Notes: generated from the sequence alone by a model not told the origin. DNA of 64,000 nt from an uncultured delta proteobacterium (GCA_963711565.1 CAVQEQ010000004.1:1216001-1280000); one strand, 5' to 3'. Shown: positions 1 to 10,291, counted from the first letter of the stretch. Program-made: numbers and translations.

Positions 1-263
1 CTGACGCCGAGGTCTTCGAGCAGCTTCATCCAGTAGCTCGCGTGGCGGACTTCGTCGGACCAGAACGCGGCGTACTCCGCTTTGTCTTCGGCTGTGGGAG
101 CCAGCGCGAGCGGTTTGATGAGCGTGCGCTCGGGCGCGAGCATGTATTCGGATTCGATGCGCGACTGAATCGACAGCATCCGGACGAGAAGATACTTGTA
201 GTCGGCGGGAAGATCGGTGGGGCCAGCGAAGCGGATTTCAGTCGCGGGTGATGGATTGCTCAT
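1..263 (-). CDS. Ferritin-like di-iron protein, PaaA/BoxB-like aromatic-CoA epoxidase subunit (N-terminal part, runs off window)
   Basis: Manual translation MSNPSPATEIRFAGPTDLPADYKYLLVRMLSIQSRIESEYMLAPERTLIKPLALAPTAEDKAEYAAFWSDEVRHASYWMKLLEDLGV; AP...DExxH iron-ligand motif as in PaaA; AGGA-type SD upstream; not in ORF track. Confidence 0.6.
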   Translation of the reverse strand, partial: MSNPSPATEIRFAGPTDLPADYKYLLVRMLSIQSRIESEYMLAPERTLIKPLALAPTAEDKAEYAAFWSDEVRHASYWMKLLEDLGV

Positions 264-328
264 TCGACTTTCCTATCCTGGCTGATGTTCTGAACGATAG
301 TTCAGATAACATCCAGAGGGACTTGCGG

Positions 329-1087
329 TCAACCCGCCATCGTCAGGCCGCCGCTTACGCTCAGCACCTGGCCGGTGATGAAGTCTGAATCGGATGAGGC
401 GAAGAATGCGACCGCGCCGGCGAGGTCGGCAGGTTGCCCGAGGCGGCGAAACGGGATGCCGCGCGCCATCGCGTCGAGAACTTTCTCGCGCCCCGCCATC
501 GCGGTCTTCAGCAGCGCGGTGTCGGTCGGCCCCGGGCATACGACGTTGACGTTGATGTGATTTGCGGCGAGTTCGCGCGCGAGTGTCTTCGAGAAACCGA
601 TGATGGCGGCTTTGCATCCGGCGTAAACCGCTTCACCGCTCGAGCCGACGCGGGCGGCGTCGGAAGAGATCGAGATGATTTTGCCCGCGCCACGAGATTG
701 CATTCGCGGCACCACGGCTTTGCAGCAATTGAGCATCCCGCGATAGTTGATGGCGATCACCTTGTCCCAAAAATCCGGGGTGGACTCGACGAACGGCATC
801 AGCACGTCCCAGCCGGCGTTGTTCACCAGGATGTCGATTGGGCCCAGTTCGCGCTCAACGCGATCGGCCGCCGCGATCGAGTCGTCAAGTTTGGTGACGT
901 CGAGCGCGACTGCTATTGCCGATGCGCCGCCGGCGCGAATTTCTCCCGCCGCGCGTTCCGCCGAATCGAACTGGATGTCGGCCAGCGCGACTTTCGCCCC
1001 TTCGTCGGCGAGGCGCGATGCGATCGCGCGCCCGATTCCTTGCGCAGCGCCGGTCACGATTGCGACTTTGCCGGTGAGGCGGTCCAC
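329..1087 (-). CDS. SDR oxidoreductase, BadH-like (2-hydroxycyclohexanecarboxyl-CoA dehydrogenase-like)
   Basis: TGAAQGIG, NNAGWD, SDAARVGSSGEAVY, YxxxK, VSGGLTM tail typical of BadH-like SDRs. Confidence 0.85.
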   Translation of the reverse strand: MDRLTGKVAIVTGAAQGIGRAIASRLADEGAKVALADIQFDSAERAAGEIRAGGASAIAVALDVTKLDDSIAAADRVERELGPIDILVNNAGWDVLMPFVESTPDFWDKVIAINYRGMLNCCKAVVPRMQSRGAGKIISISSDAARVGSSGEAVYAGCKAAIIGFSKTLARELAANHINVNVVCPGPTDTALLKTAMAGREKVLDAMARGIPFRRLGQPADLAGAVAFFASSDSDFITGQVLSVSGGLTMAG

Positions 1088-1115
1088 GGTTCTACTTCAA
1101 CTGGCGCACGTTACT

Positions 1116-1871
1116 TCAGCTGGCAATCCAGCCGCCGTCGATGATGAACGGCGCTCCGGTGGCGAACGGCGCCTCGTCGCTCGCCAGGAACAGCGCGGTA
1201 TGCGCGATTTCATCGGCGCTGCCGACGCGGCCCAGCACCGAGCTGCGCTGGATGAACTTTGGCTGCAGTCCGTCGGGTCCGGTGATTCGATCCACCATCG
1301 GCGTGTGGATTACCCCCGGGCAGATGCAGTTGACGCGAACGTTGTAGCGCCCGTACTCGAGCGCCGCGACGCGTGTCAGCGAAATCACGCCGGCCTTGGC
1401 CGCGCAGTATGCGGCCGCGCCCTTGAGCCCGACGATTCCCGCGACTGACGCCGTATTGATCACCGCGCCGCCGCCGCGCTCGACGATCCTTGGCAGTCCG
1501 TACTTCATTCCGAGCCACACGCCGCGCAGGTTGATGGCGATCACGCGGTCGAACGCCTCTTCGCTGAGCTGCGCGATGAAGCCGGACTCGCCTTCGATGC
1601 CCGCGTTGTTGTACAGCACGTCGAGTCCGCCGAATGCCCGCACAGTTTCTTCGACCATCGCGCGCGCGTCCTCGGAGTCGGAGACGTCGGCGCGGATCGA
1701 GATTGCATCTCCGCCGGACGCTTTGATCATGCGCGCAGTCTCGGCCGCGGACGCTTCGGTTACGTCGATAGCCGCGACTTTTGCGCCTTCGCGCGCGAAC
1801 AGCACCGAGGCCGCGCGCCCCATTCCAGAGCCGGCGCCGGTGATCAGCGCAACTTTCCCTTGAAGTCTCAT
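1116..1871 (-). CDS. SDR family oxidoreductase
   Basis: TGAGSGMG, NNAG, YCAAK motifs. Confidence 0.9.
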   Translation of the reverse strand: MRLQGKVALITGAGSGMGRAASVLFAREGAKVAAIDVTEASAAETARMIKASGGDAISIRADVSDSEDARAMVEETVRAFGGLDVLYNNAGIEGESGFIAQLSEEAFDRVIAINLRGVWLGMKYGLPRIVERGGGAVINTASVAGIVGLKGAAAYCAAKAGVISLTRVAALEYGRYNVRVNCICPGVIHTPMVDRITGPDGLQPKFIQRSSVLGRVGSADEIAHTALFLASDEAPFATGAPFIIDGGWIAS

Positions 1872-1975
1872 TAGCCTCTCCGACGACTTACCGTTCCGGA
1901 CGTTCGCCGCGCAGAGTAGCGCATTTCGACGCGATGCCGTTAGCGCGTTTTATGATCTATTGACGCTGTGCGATT

Positions 1976-2017
1976 TGCCGGACGGAGCCGCAGTGTTTAG
2001 CTACGACTCCGTCCGGC
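1976..2017. terminator. GC-rich hairpin, likely terminator downstream of the 2148-2606 gene
   Basis: Inverted repeat gccggacggag...ctccgtccggc. Confidence 0.45.
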
Positions 2018-2147
2018 GGGGAGGGGGAGGTTACTCAACCGGTTCCTGGACGCATGAATTTGAATCGCTGGAGGCGGCTCTCAGCTCGTTTGCGACGGTT
2101 GTGATCATCATCAGGTACCGCGTGTCCCGGCTGTGGTCAGATCCCGT

Positions 2148-2606
2148 TTACTCGCCGGCCGCGTCCCGGGCAGTTTGAAAGTAACCGTGAACCGTCTGCC
2201 GATTGTTCTGCAGATTGGTGTACAGAGTGTTAGCCGCACCCAACTGAGCCGGCGAAAGTGAGCCACAAACGTTCTGCGCGATTGCGTCCTCGTCCTGAAT
2301 CACCTTGAGCTGGGCCGCCGACAGTGCATTCTCGTCCGCGGTCAAAGAAGTACTCTTGGCAAGGATGGCCTGATCCAGGGCCTGCTTGGCCGTATGGACG
2401 GCTTGCCGGTCAGTGCGCAAGGAAGAGCTTTTGAATGTTGACCAGAGAGTGGTCTTTACCGATTTCGGCGCGGCAGCCAGACACGCAGACAGGGCCGGGG
2501 AACCGTGATGATGGCCGCCGTGACCACCGAAAGCCTGCGCATAGCCGGCCGCGGTAAGGAGTGCAGCGCCTGCTACGGTTGCGATGAAGGGTGAAAACTT
2601 TCTCAT
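2148..2606 (-). CDS. Secreted helical protein, possibly Spy/CpxP-like
   Basis: Signal peptide (AQA|F), Gly/His-rich linker, helical body with LSPAQ (LTxxQ-like) motif, two Cys, strong GGAGG SD. Confidence 0.6.
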   Translation of the reverse strand: MRKFSPFIATVAGAALLTAAGYAQAFGGHGGHHHGSPALSACLAAAPKSVKTTLWSTFKSSSLRTDRQAVHTAKQALDQAILAKSTSLTADENALSAAQLKVIQDEDAIAQNVCGSLSPAQLGAANTLYTNLQNNRQTVHGYFQTARDAAGE

Positions 2607-2804
2607 ATCTCTTCCTCCCGAAACGACGGCGTTAGTGTGCCGGCATATTTGCGGCCCACGACTACGGAAAACTTGGAAACCATAAACAACTCCTCAACTG
2701 CTGCCACCTTAATTGGCGGCTATTCGTCTATTCTAAATGTACGTTAATTGAAAAAACCGGTTACGCACCCGCCGGGAATGGCCGGTTTTGTGAGCTGTTG
2801 ATGA

Positions 2805-3652
2805 CTAAGTCCGGCGGGTCGCCATCAGCCGGTTCGCGTCGGCGTACGTGGTGGCGCCTTCGGACGTCAAGTCGTAGGTGCCCGCGCTCAACAATTCCGC
2901 GACCGTCTTCTTCAATGCCGTCATAGCGCCGAGAGTCAGCCGAGTGCCGACGCTCAGGCGAGCGACGCCGAGCTTTTCGAGTTCGGGGATGGTCGGAAGG
3001 CCCGGAAACGCGAGCAGATTCAACGGCCCGTCGAGGGCCGGGACGATTCGCTCGATGTCGGCGCAGCGGGTGACCGCCGGGATAAACAGACAATCGGCGC
3101 CGGCCTTACGGTAAGCGTTCGCGCGGCGGACAGCATTCTCGAAGCGCGTGTCGGGCTCGCCGATTCCGAGCAGGTACACGTCGGTGCGCGCGTTGATTAC
3201 GAGCGGGACGCCGGCGGAGTCTGCCGCTTCGCGTGCGGCGCGCACGCGCTCGACGGCGACCTCCAAATCGTAGGGGCGCGGGGTGCCGTCGTGGACCTGG
3301 TCTTCGAGGTTGATGCCAACCGCGCCGGCGTCGATGACGCGTCGAACGGTTTCGGCGACTTCGCGAGCATCGCGCGCAAAGCCGGACTCGATGTCCGCCG
3401 TGACCGGGATCGTGACGACGCGAGCGATGCGCGCGATCGCGGAAATCATCTCGTCGCGCGGAATCGCCTCGCCGTCGGGATAGCCGACGGAAAACGCGAC
3501 GCCGGCGCTAGTCGTGGCGATCGCTCGGGCGCCCGTATCCTCGATTACCCGCGCGCTCATAGCGTCCCATGCGTTGGCAGCACCAGGATTCGCGAGCGAT
3601 CGTGCATCGCTCGAAATTCTTCAGCTTTGGCTCGTTGAGTGTCGCGGCTCAC
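2805..3652 (-). CDS. Isocitrate lyase/PEP mutase family protein (1-bp deletion frameshift near 3576)
   Basis: Reconstructed start MSRDTQRAKAEEFRAMHDRSRILVLPNAWDAMSAR; ADIESG, INLED, NARTD motifs; GTG start at 3652. Confidence 0.85.
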
Positions 3653-3725
3653 GGTTGGCCTCCTTGTCTCGGCTGATTACATACAACACCGCATCGAGCG
3701 TTGTGTGAAATCGCGGCGATCGATC

Positions 3726-6700
3726 TCAATGAAAATCATGCGACGGCGGGACCACGCCGGGAATCTTGATCTCCTCGAAGCGCCGCGCGCGAATCGCGGT
3801 CACGCCGTCAACGCGTTGCAGCACGCCCTCGGCCAGCAGGATGCCCGCACTGCGCAGCAGCAGACGGTTTTGCTGAAAGAAGTCGGGCGTGACAATCAAA
3901 TTGGAAATCCCCGTTTCGTCCTCGAGCGTGATGAACAGAAAACCCTTCGCGGTGCCGGGACGTTGGCGCACGATGACGACGCCGGCGGTCTTCACCCACG
4001 ATTGATGCTTGGCGCGGGTGAGCGCGTCGGCGCTGAGAATCCCGCGCGCGGTCAAATCGTCGCGCAGATACGTCATCAGATGCGGCCCCGTCGTGAGGCC
4101 GGTCGCGGCATAGTCGGAGAGCGTCTCGTCGATCGGCGACATCGACGCGAGAGGAACCTCGCCATCGCGCGGTTTCACCCCCGCCAGCAGGCTCGCGGGA
4201 TCGCGCTCGACTGCCGCCGCATTCCACATCGCATCGCGACGCGCCAGGCCGAAGGACGCGAACGCACCCGCGTAGGCGAGCGCATCGATCTCGCGGCGGT
4301 TGGGTCCGACGCGCGCGGTAAGGTCGGCAATCGAATCGAACTGCCGGCGTGCACGCTCGCTTTCGATTCGAACTCCGACTTCCTCGCGGATGCCCGTGAC
4401 GTAGCGCAGACCCATCCGCGTAGCGGGTCGCCCATCCACAATTTCGATCGTGCATTTCCAGCTCGAGCGCGTCACGTCGATCGGGATCACGATGACGCCG
4501 TGACGCGCAGCATCCTTCACCAGCGTCGAGGGATGGTAGAAGCCGAGCGGGTAGCAATTCAGCATCGCGGCCAGGAACGCCGCCGGATGGTGGTACTTCA
4601 GGTACGCGGACGCGTACGCGATCAGCGCGAAGCTCGCGGCGTGCGATTCTGGAAATCCGTACAGCGCGAACGACGTGATCGAGCGCACGATATCGTCGGC
4701 GAGGTTGCCTTGCAGGCCGTTGCGCCGCATCCCGGCGCGCAAGCGTGCCTCGATTTTCTCCATCCTCTCCGCCGAGCGCTTGAAGCCCATCGCGCGGCGC
4801 AGTTCCTCGGCCTCGCCGCCGCTGAATCCCGCCACCGTCATCGCCATTCGCAGCAACTGCTCCTGGAAAAGCGGGACGCCCAGCGTGCGTTTCAGAATTG
4901 GTTCGAGCGACGGATGCGGATACTCGACGGGCGCGCGCTTGTTGCGGCGATCGAGATACGGATGCACCATTTTGCCGACGATTGGACCGGGGCGAATTAT
5001 CGCGACCTCGACTACCAGGTCGTAAAATCGCTCCGGCTTCATCCGCGGCAGCGTCGCCATCTGCGCGCGGCTCTCGATTTGGAAAACGCCGACCGTATCC
5101 GCGCGCCGCAGCATGGCGTACACGTCGGGATCGTCGGGCGGGATATGCGCGAGATCGATCTCGACGCCTTCGTGCGTGCGAATCAGCGGGATCGCCTCCT
5201 TCAGCGCGGCCAGCATCCCGAGTCCGAGCAGATCGATCTTGATGATGCCGAGGTCGGCGCAGTCGTCCTTGTCCCATTGAATCACCACGCGTCCGGGCAT
5301 CGACGCCGGCTTCGAGCGGCACGATCTCATCGAGTGGCTGTGCGGCGATCACCATGCCGCCGCTATGCTGCCCGAGATGGCGCGGCACGCTCTGAATCTT
5401 GCGCACCAGCTCGACCATCATCATGATTCGCGGCGCTTCCGCATCGACGCCGCCGCGCTTGAGCAGCGCCACCAGGTCGTCGTGATGGTCGCGGAACTCG
5501 TACACCTGGTTGAGCTTGGCCAGCCTGTCCACCTGCTCGGCCGAAAAGCCCAGCGTCTTACCGACCTCGCGCACCGCGCTCCTCGTGCGATAAGTGATCA
5601 CGTTCGCGGTCATCGCGGCGCCGCGGTCGCCGTAGCGGCGATAGACGTATTGAATCGCCTTCTCGCGATCGTCGCCGCTCGGCAGGTCGAGATCGATGTC
5701 GGGCCATTCGCCGCGCTCCTCGGACAGAAAGCGCTCGAACAGGAGTTCCATCTTGACCGCGTCCACTGCCGTGATTCCGAGCGCGTAACACACCGCGCTG
5801 TTGGCCGCGGAGCCGCGTCCCTGCACCATGATCCGATTCTCGCGGCAGAACTGCACGATGTCCCATACGATCAGAAAGTAACCGGCGAGCTTGAGCCGCT
5901 CGATAATTCCGAGCTCGTGTTCGAGCTGGTGGCGGGTGCGATCGTCCATCGTACCGCGCCATCGCTCGCGCGCACCCGCATAGGTGAGTATTCGCAAATA
6001 GCTGTCAGGCGTTTCGTTCGGCGGAATCGGATAGTCGGGAAAGCGATAGCCCATGTCGCAGAGTTGGAAATTGCATCGCTCGGCAATCGCGCGCGAGGCG
6101 GCGACGGCGCCCGGAATATCGCGAAACAGCGCACCCATCTCGGCCGGCGATTTCAGATGACGCTGGCTGTTGATCCACAGCGCGCGGCCCGCTTCTTCGA
6201 GTGTGGTCTTGAGGCGGATGCAGGTCAGCACGTCGAGCAGTCTACGATCCGCACCGCCGTGGCATACGTCGTTGGTCGCGACAATCGGGATTCGCGCCGC
6301 ACCCGCGAGCGCCGCGAGCTTGCGATTGAGGCGTTCCTCGCCCGCATCGAGATGACGCTGCAAATCGATGTAGAAATTCCCCGCGCCGAAAATCCCAGCG
6401 AGCCGCCGGCTTAGTTCGTGAGGATCATCGCCACGCACGAGCATCCGCGACAGCGGACTCATCACGCCTCCGGCAAGGCAGATAAGTCCGCGGCCATAGC
6501 GTTCGAGTTCGTCGAGCGTAATGCGGCTCTCGCCCTTCGAGGGATACATTGGCGCAGCGACGGAGCCGTCGCGAGCGAGCGCGCCGGGATTCAGCACGCG
6601 CATCTTCGAGTCGGTGATCATGCGGCAGAGATTCTGGTAGCGCTTTCGATCCGGCGCGAGGACGTAGAGCCGCGAGTCGTCGTCGAGCGTCAGCTCCGCG

Positions 6701-6897
6701 CCGACGATTTGCCGGATGCCGGCGGCCTTTGCAGCCTGGTAAAAGCGCGGCGCGCCGTAAACTCCGTCGCGATCGCCAAGCGCCATCGCGCCGTAGCCGA
6801 GTTCCGCCGCGCGCGCCGCGAGATCCTCAGGCGTGCTCGCGCCTTCAAGAAAACTGAACGCACTGCGCGCGCGCAGCTCGATGTAATCAGAGTTCAT
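3726..6897 (-). CDS. dnaE2: Error-prone DNA polymerase DnaE2 (ImuC); apparent +1 frameshift at about 5311
   Basis: PHP domain, GRGSAANS, PDIDLD, QWDKDD, KIDLLGLGML, FITLEDETG, C-terminal SHDFH tail; two ORFs join as ...EIVPLEPASMPGR... if one A is removed. Confidence 0.93.
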
Positions 6898-6954
6898 GGC
6901 GATTCGCCGCGAATAGTTATTGCTGAAAGAGCGAATCTCCGTCCTATGCGAGCG

Positions 6955-7248
6955 TCATTTGCCTGAGCGCTGAGCGCGTCCTTTTCCCGATCGAGGCTTC
7001 TTTGACTGCAGTGACGCTTCGAGGGTCTGCCGGATGTAACGCTGGTACGGGATGCCGCGCCGGTGCGCGACAGCGCGGACCGCGTTCAGGAGTTCCTCGG
7101 AGATTCGAAGATTGACCGACTTTTGTTTGGGCTTGAACTCGAACTGAAACGGCGCGAAGTTTTCGGCGCTGATATAGTCGGACAAATCTTGGTCGAGAAA
7201 TTTTTCAGCTTCTTTATCGCTTTTGAACGCGGGCAATTTCTTGCTCAT
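6955..7248 (-). CDS. brnA: BrnA/CopG-family RHH antitoxin
   Basis: LPxFKSDxEAExF...DLSDY and VNLRI...GIPYQRYIR RHH motif; overlaps the end of the toxin gene. Confidence 0.85.
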   Translation of the reverse strand: MSKKLPAFKSDKEAEKFLDQDLSDYISAENFAPFQFEFKPKQKSVNLRISEELLNAVRAVAHRRGIPYQRYIRQTLEASLQSKKPRSGKGRAQRSGK

Positions 7249-7534
7249 ATTTTTTGATCTCCTTCCTATGCATGTAGCGGGCGCTGATGGGTCGCAGAAG
7301 TATTCGGCCGCCGGTCTGCCGCGGCGTGAAAACGACGAAGGCATATCGTCCTTCTGCGGTTCTCCCAATCGCCAAAAACCGCGGCTCCGCGCGCGAATTC
7401 TTTAGGTCGGGCATAATCAGGGTCGCCGCATGTGCAAGAACATGCTCCACTTCGGCCACCGAAACGCCGTGTTCCTGGCACTTCGAGTAGTTGGCGTTGT
7501 CCCATGCGAATCCTGAAAAGGTGACCCTTTGCAT
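7214..7534 (-). CDS. brnT: BrnT-family ribonuclease toxin
   Basis: FxWD...HGVS...E, EPRFLAIG, VFT, RPISARYM motifs. Confidence 0.9.
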   Translation of the reverse strand: MQRVTFSGFAWDNANYSKCQEHGVSVAEVEHVLAHAATLIMPDLKNSRAEPRFLAIGRTAEGRYAFVVFTPRQTGGRILLRPISARYMHRKEIKKYEQEIARVQKR

Positions 7535-7544
7535 CCGCGATCCC

Positions 7545-7574
7545 AGTGTAGGCTAACGTCTATACAAACGCCAA
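7545..7574 (-). promoter_or_regulatory. Putative brnTA promoter with TGTA-N12-TACA palindromic operator
   Basis: TTGGCG-N18-TACACT on the minus strand, overlapping the TGTA...TACA inverted repeat at 7547-7566. Confidence 0.45.
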
Positions 7575-7583
7575 TGCATTTGC

Positions 7584-9296
7584 TCAGTCGTAGGCGCCGT
7601 CGAGGAACCATTTGTGTGAGTTCGCGTCGCGGAAGACGCGGTAAACACCGCCGTCTTCGAGTGCGAGTTCGTAGTAATCGCGGATGAAGCCGCATTTATC
7701 CGCGCCATTCATTTCCGGTTTCGCATCGCCATTAAGATGAGGGGTGGGCGAGGGCGCTGGCGTTAGCGAGGACAGCGCCTTCAGATTTTCCGCGGATACC
7801 TGGCGCGGATGCGCGCCGAACATGCGGCCGTCATGCAGCTCGAGGCCGTGCTTCGGTGCGGAATTTGTTTTGTCGGATGAATCCGCGTGCGTGTCCGCAT
7901 CCGCGATGCAGCCGAGCCACCATTCGCCGTCGCGCCGCCACGGCCCCGCGATCGAAATCACGCGCGCGCCAAGATTCTCACCGCGGACGAACTCTGGAAT
8001 CTCGCGCGTGCACATCACCTCGATCTCGCGCGCCGGACGAATCGCGCGTATCACGAGCTGTGTCACATTCTTCGCGGGCGCGTTTTCGGGAATAGGCGGC
8101 GGCGCTGGCGGTGCGAATGGATCGAGGCGCGTCGCTTCGGGCCGATGCGAATTCTCAGCACTCAGCATGCCGACGTTGCCGGGGCCGCATAGCGCCGCCA
8201 AGCGCGCGATCGTGGTCTGCAGCTTGTCCGGCGCGGGACAGGGCGGGATGAACATGTCGCTCTGCGCGGGCCGTGGGACACGCGGCGCAATTTCGATTCG
8301 AATCGATTCGACGGCGGCCTCGGGCGGCGCCGCCTCAAGGCTCAGATTGATAAGCGTGAGAATCGCGCGGACGTTGTTCGACGGCGCCGCCACTTCGACC
8401 CGCCGATTGAAACTGCGATGACCGCTCATCCCGAACGCGAGCGTGATATCGCCGGCCACCATGCCGCGAATCAAAAGCCGCTCGGTCAGCCGCTCGAGCA
8501 TCGCACGCATGACGAATCCCAGCGGCTCCAGGAGCTCAATGCCGTATTCGAGCTCGACACTCTCGACGAAAAACTCGGCGCGTCGGCGCGGCACAATCTG
8601 CGCGTGGCTGCCACCGCGCGCAAGGCGGACCAGCTCGACGCCGCGACGGCCGAGCCGCGTGCCGATCGCGTCGGGATTGAGGCGCGCGAGCTCGCCGAGC
8701 CGGCGCATCCCCCATCGCGCAAGCGTAGTTTCGAGGTCGTCGCCGCGATCCGATTTTCCGAGGTCGAGCATGTCGAGCGGCAGCCAGTTGAGGAATTCGC
8801 GCTCGCGCCCGGCTTCGATCACGCGCACGCCGCCGCATCGCGCGGCCAGATGCGCAATTTCCTTGTTGGCCGCGACGCCAGCGGCCGGCTCCATCCCGAC
8901 TCTGCGCACGCATCGCACGAGCTCGGCGGTAATTTCTTCTTCGCCATGGTAGATGCGATGCAGGCCCGCGAGATCGATCCACGCGCATCCCGGCGCGCCC
9001 GGCTCGACCACCGGCGAAACCGATTCGACCGCGTCGAGCAGGGCGGAATGCGCCGAGCTTTCCGCGGCGGGCGATCGATGAACTACGATTAGCTCCGAGG
9101 AGATCGCACGCGCCTGCGCGATCGTCATCCCGGAGCGGATTCCAAGTTCACGCGCGCGCACAGATACGGCGTCGAGCTCGGCGTGCGGCGCAAGGCTTTG
9201 CGCTATAGCCAGCACCTTGTCCGCGAGCGCGGGATTCGAGCGCACAATCGCCGCAATAGAAAAATCGGCGACCATGATGCACGCGATACGAGCCAT
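7584..9296 (-). CDS. imuB: ImuB, catalytically inactive Y-family polymerase scaffold
   Basis: GMTIAQARA, SPVVE, AWID, C-terminal GPWR..GEWW...RDYY...GAYD; lies between imuA and dnaE2. Confidence 0.9.
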   Translation of the reverse strand: MARIACIMVADFSIAAIVRSNPALADKVLAIAQSLAPHAELDAVSVRARELGIRSGMTIAQARAISSELIVVHRSPAAESSAHSALLDAVESVSPVVEPGAPGCAWIDLAGLHRIYHGEEEITAELVRCVRRVGMEPAAGVAANKEIAHLAARCGGVRVIEAGREREFLNWLPLDMLDLGKSDRGDDLETTLARWGMRRLGELARLNPDAIGTRLGRRGVELVRLARGGSHAQIVPRRRAEFFVESVELEYGIELLEPLGFVMRAMLERLTERLLIRGMVAGDITLAFGMSGHRSFNRRVEVAAPSNNVRAILTLINLSLEAAPPEAAVESIRIEIAPRVPRPAQSDMFIPPCPAPDKLQTTIARLAALCGPGNVGMLSAENSHRPEATRLDPFAPPAPPPIPENAPAKNVTQLVIRAIRPAREIEVMCTREIPEFVRGENLGARVISIAGPWRRDGEWWLGCIADADTHADSSDKTNSAPKHGLELHDGRMFGAHPRQVSAENLKALSSLTPAPSPTPHLNGDAKPEMNGADKCGFIRDYYELALEDGGVYRVFRDANSHKWFLDGAYD

Positions 9297-9308
9297 CGAG
9301 ACACCGTG

Positions 9309-10151
9309 CTAGCTGCTTGCGGAAATGCGAATCGGAAATTCTTTGCCGTCGCGATGCTGATGCACCTCGAACGGATTTGGAATCGGGTCAATGAGCGCGC
9401 GTACGCGAACGCGCCGCCCCGTCCCGCCCATCTTGTTCCGCGCGACCATCGCATCGACCGCGAGTCCGTCGAACATTACCGGCGCGCCGGGTGCGAGCCG
9501 GCTGAACGACGCCTCGGCGCGGCTGGCGGACAGGCTCAGCGCCGCGAACGTCCCGCACATCTGCCACGGCGCGATTGCGATTACGGCGGCGCCGCTGCGC
9601 TCGGCCGCGCGCGCGATTCTGAGCGATGACGCGTAAGTGAGTGCGCGGACTGCCTCGCCGAAATCGACGACGACCAGGCCGAAGCCGCCCGCCTCGAGCA
9701 CGAGTTCCGCCGCCTTGACAATCGACCTCGCCCCTAACCCCTCTCCCTTCTGGAGAGGGGAACAAAGATTCTTCGATCCGCTCCTCATCGATGCCCACAA
9801 CATCCGGCGCAGCTCTACTCCGGCAGCCGCCATGCTCTCAGGATCAAAGCTGCCCGAAGCGTCGAGCCATGCGGCGACCTCGCCGCGGCGGGTGGCGAAA
9901 CTGGCGAACGATGCGGCAATCGAGGTCTTGCCCGAACCGGCGCGCCCCGTGATTTCGCTGATCCGCCCGCGCGGAATTCCGCCGTCGATCAGAGCGTCGA
10001 GCGGTGCGATTCCGGAGCTTAGTCGCCAGTCCTTGCGAGTAAGCTCATGCCCACGAAAAACCCCTGAAAATTCAAGCTGTTGCGGCCGTTTGACGACCTG
10101 AATTTGGCCTGGAGGAGCGCTCCATGACAAAGGTTTCGGAAGAGCAGCCAC
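9309..10151 (-). CDS. imuA: ImuA/RecA-like accessory protein (start uncertain, GTG at 10151 preferred)
   Basis: SSGIAPLDALIDGGIPRGRISEITG, Walker A GRAGSGKT, GGFGLVVVD; first gene of the mutasome cassette. Confidence 0.85.
   Translation of the reverse strand: MAALPKPLSWSAPPGQIQVVKRPQQLEFSGVFRGHELTRKDWRLSSGIAPLDALIDGGIPRGRISEITGRAGSGKTSIAASFASFATRRGEVAAWLDASGSFDPESMAAAGVELRRMLWASMRSGSKNLCSPLQKGEGLGARSIVKAAELVLEAGGFGLVVVDFGEAVRALTYASSLRIARAAERSGAAVIAIAPWQMCGTFAALSLSASRAEASFSRLAPGAPVMFDGLAVDAMVARNKMGGTGRRVRVRALIDPIPNPFEVHQHRDGKEFPIRISASS
9725..9763. repeat. Palindromic repeat family A, copy inside the imuA coding sequence
   Basis: acctcgcccctaacccctctcccttctggagaggggaac; translated as CSPLQKGEGLGAR. 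Confidence 0.75.
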
Positions 10152-10161
10152 AAGATATGTT

Positions 10162-10187
10162 TTCGCTCTTTCTTCGCCGCATGTCAA
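10162..10187 (-). promoter_or_regulatory. imuA promoter -35 (TTGACA) with GCGAA-N6-GCGAA direct repeat, candidate DNA-damage operator
   Basis: Perfect TTGACA at 10182-10187; ttcgc-tctttc-ttcgc at 10162-10177; -10 is weak. Confidence 0.45.
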
Positions 10188-10291
10188 ACGATATATTAAT
10201 CCTGATCACTAAAGAACCGAAGGGTTTATCTTCGCCGCTTATAGAAATTGTTGAACACTAGAGTGCAGAATACTCGACTTAGTAGCGATAA

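Noticed and set aside
2031-2147. In-frame 38-codon continuation after the stop of the 2148-2606 gene (possible read-through)
   Set aside because: The stop is TAA, there is no recoding signal, and an open stretch of this length is expected by chance at this GC.
5300-5330. Programmed ribosomal frameshift in dnaE2
   Set aside because: No slippery heptamer or obvious stimulator. The break falls inside the conserved polymerase core, and similar single-base indels occur in unrelated genes.
3639-5426. Long plus-strand ORF (595 aa) and many similar antisense or alternate-frame ORFs, e.g. 26428-27747, 32281-33531, 43431-44651
   Set aside because: They are shadows of well-supported genes in high-GC DNA, Arg/Ala-rich and without recognisable motifs.
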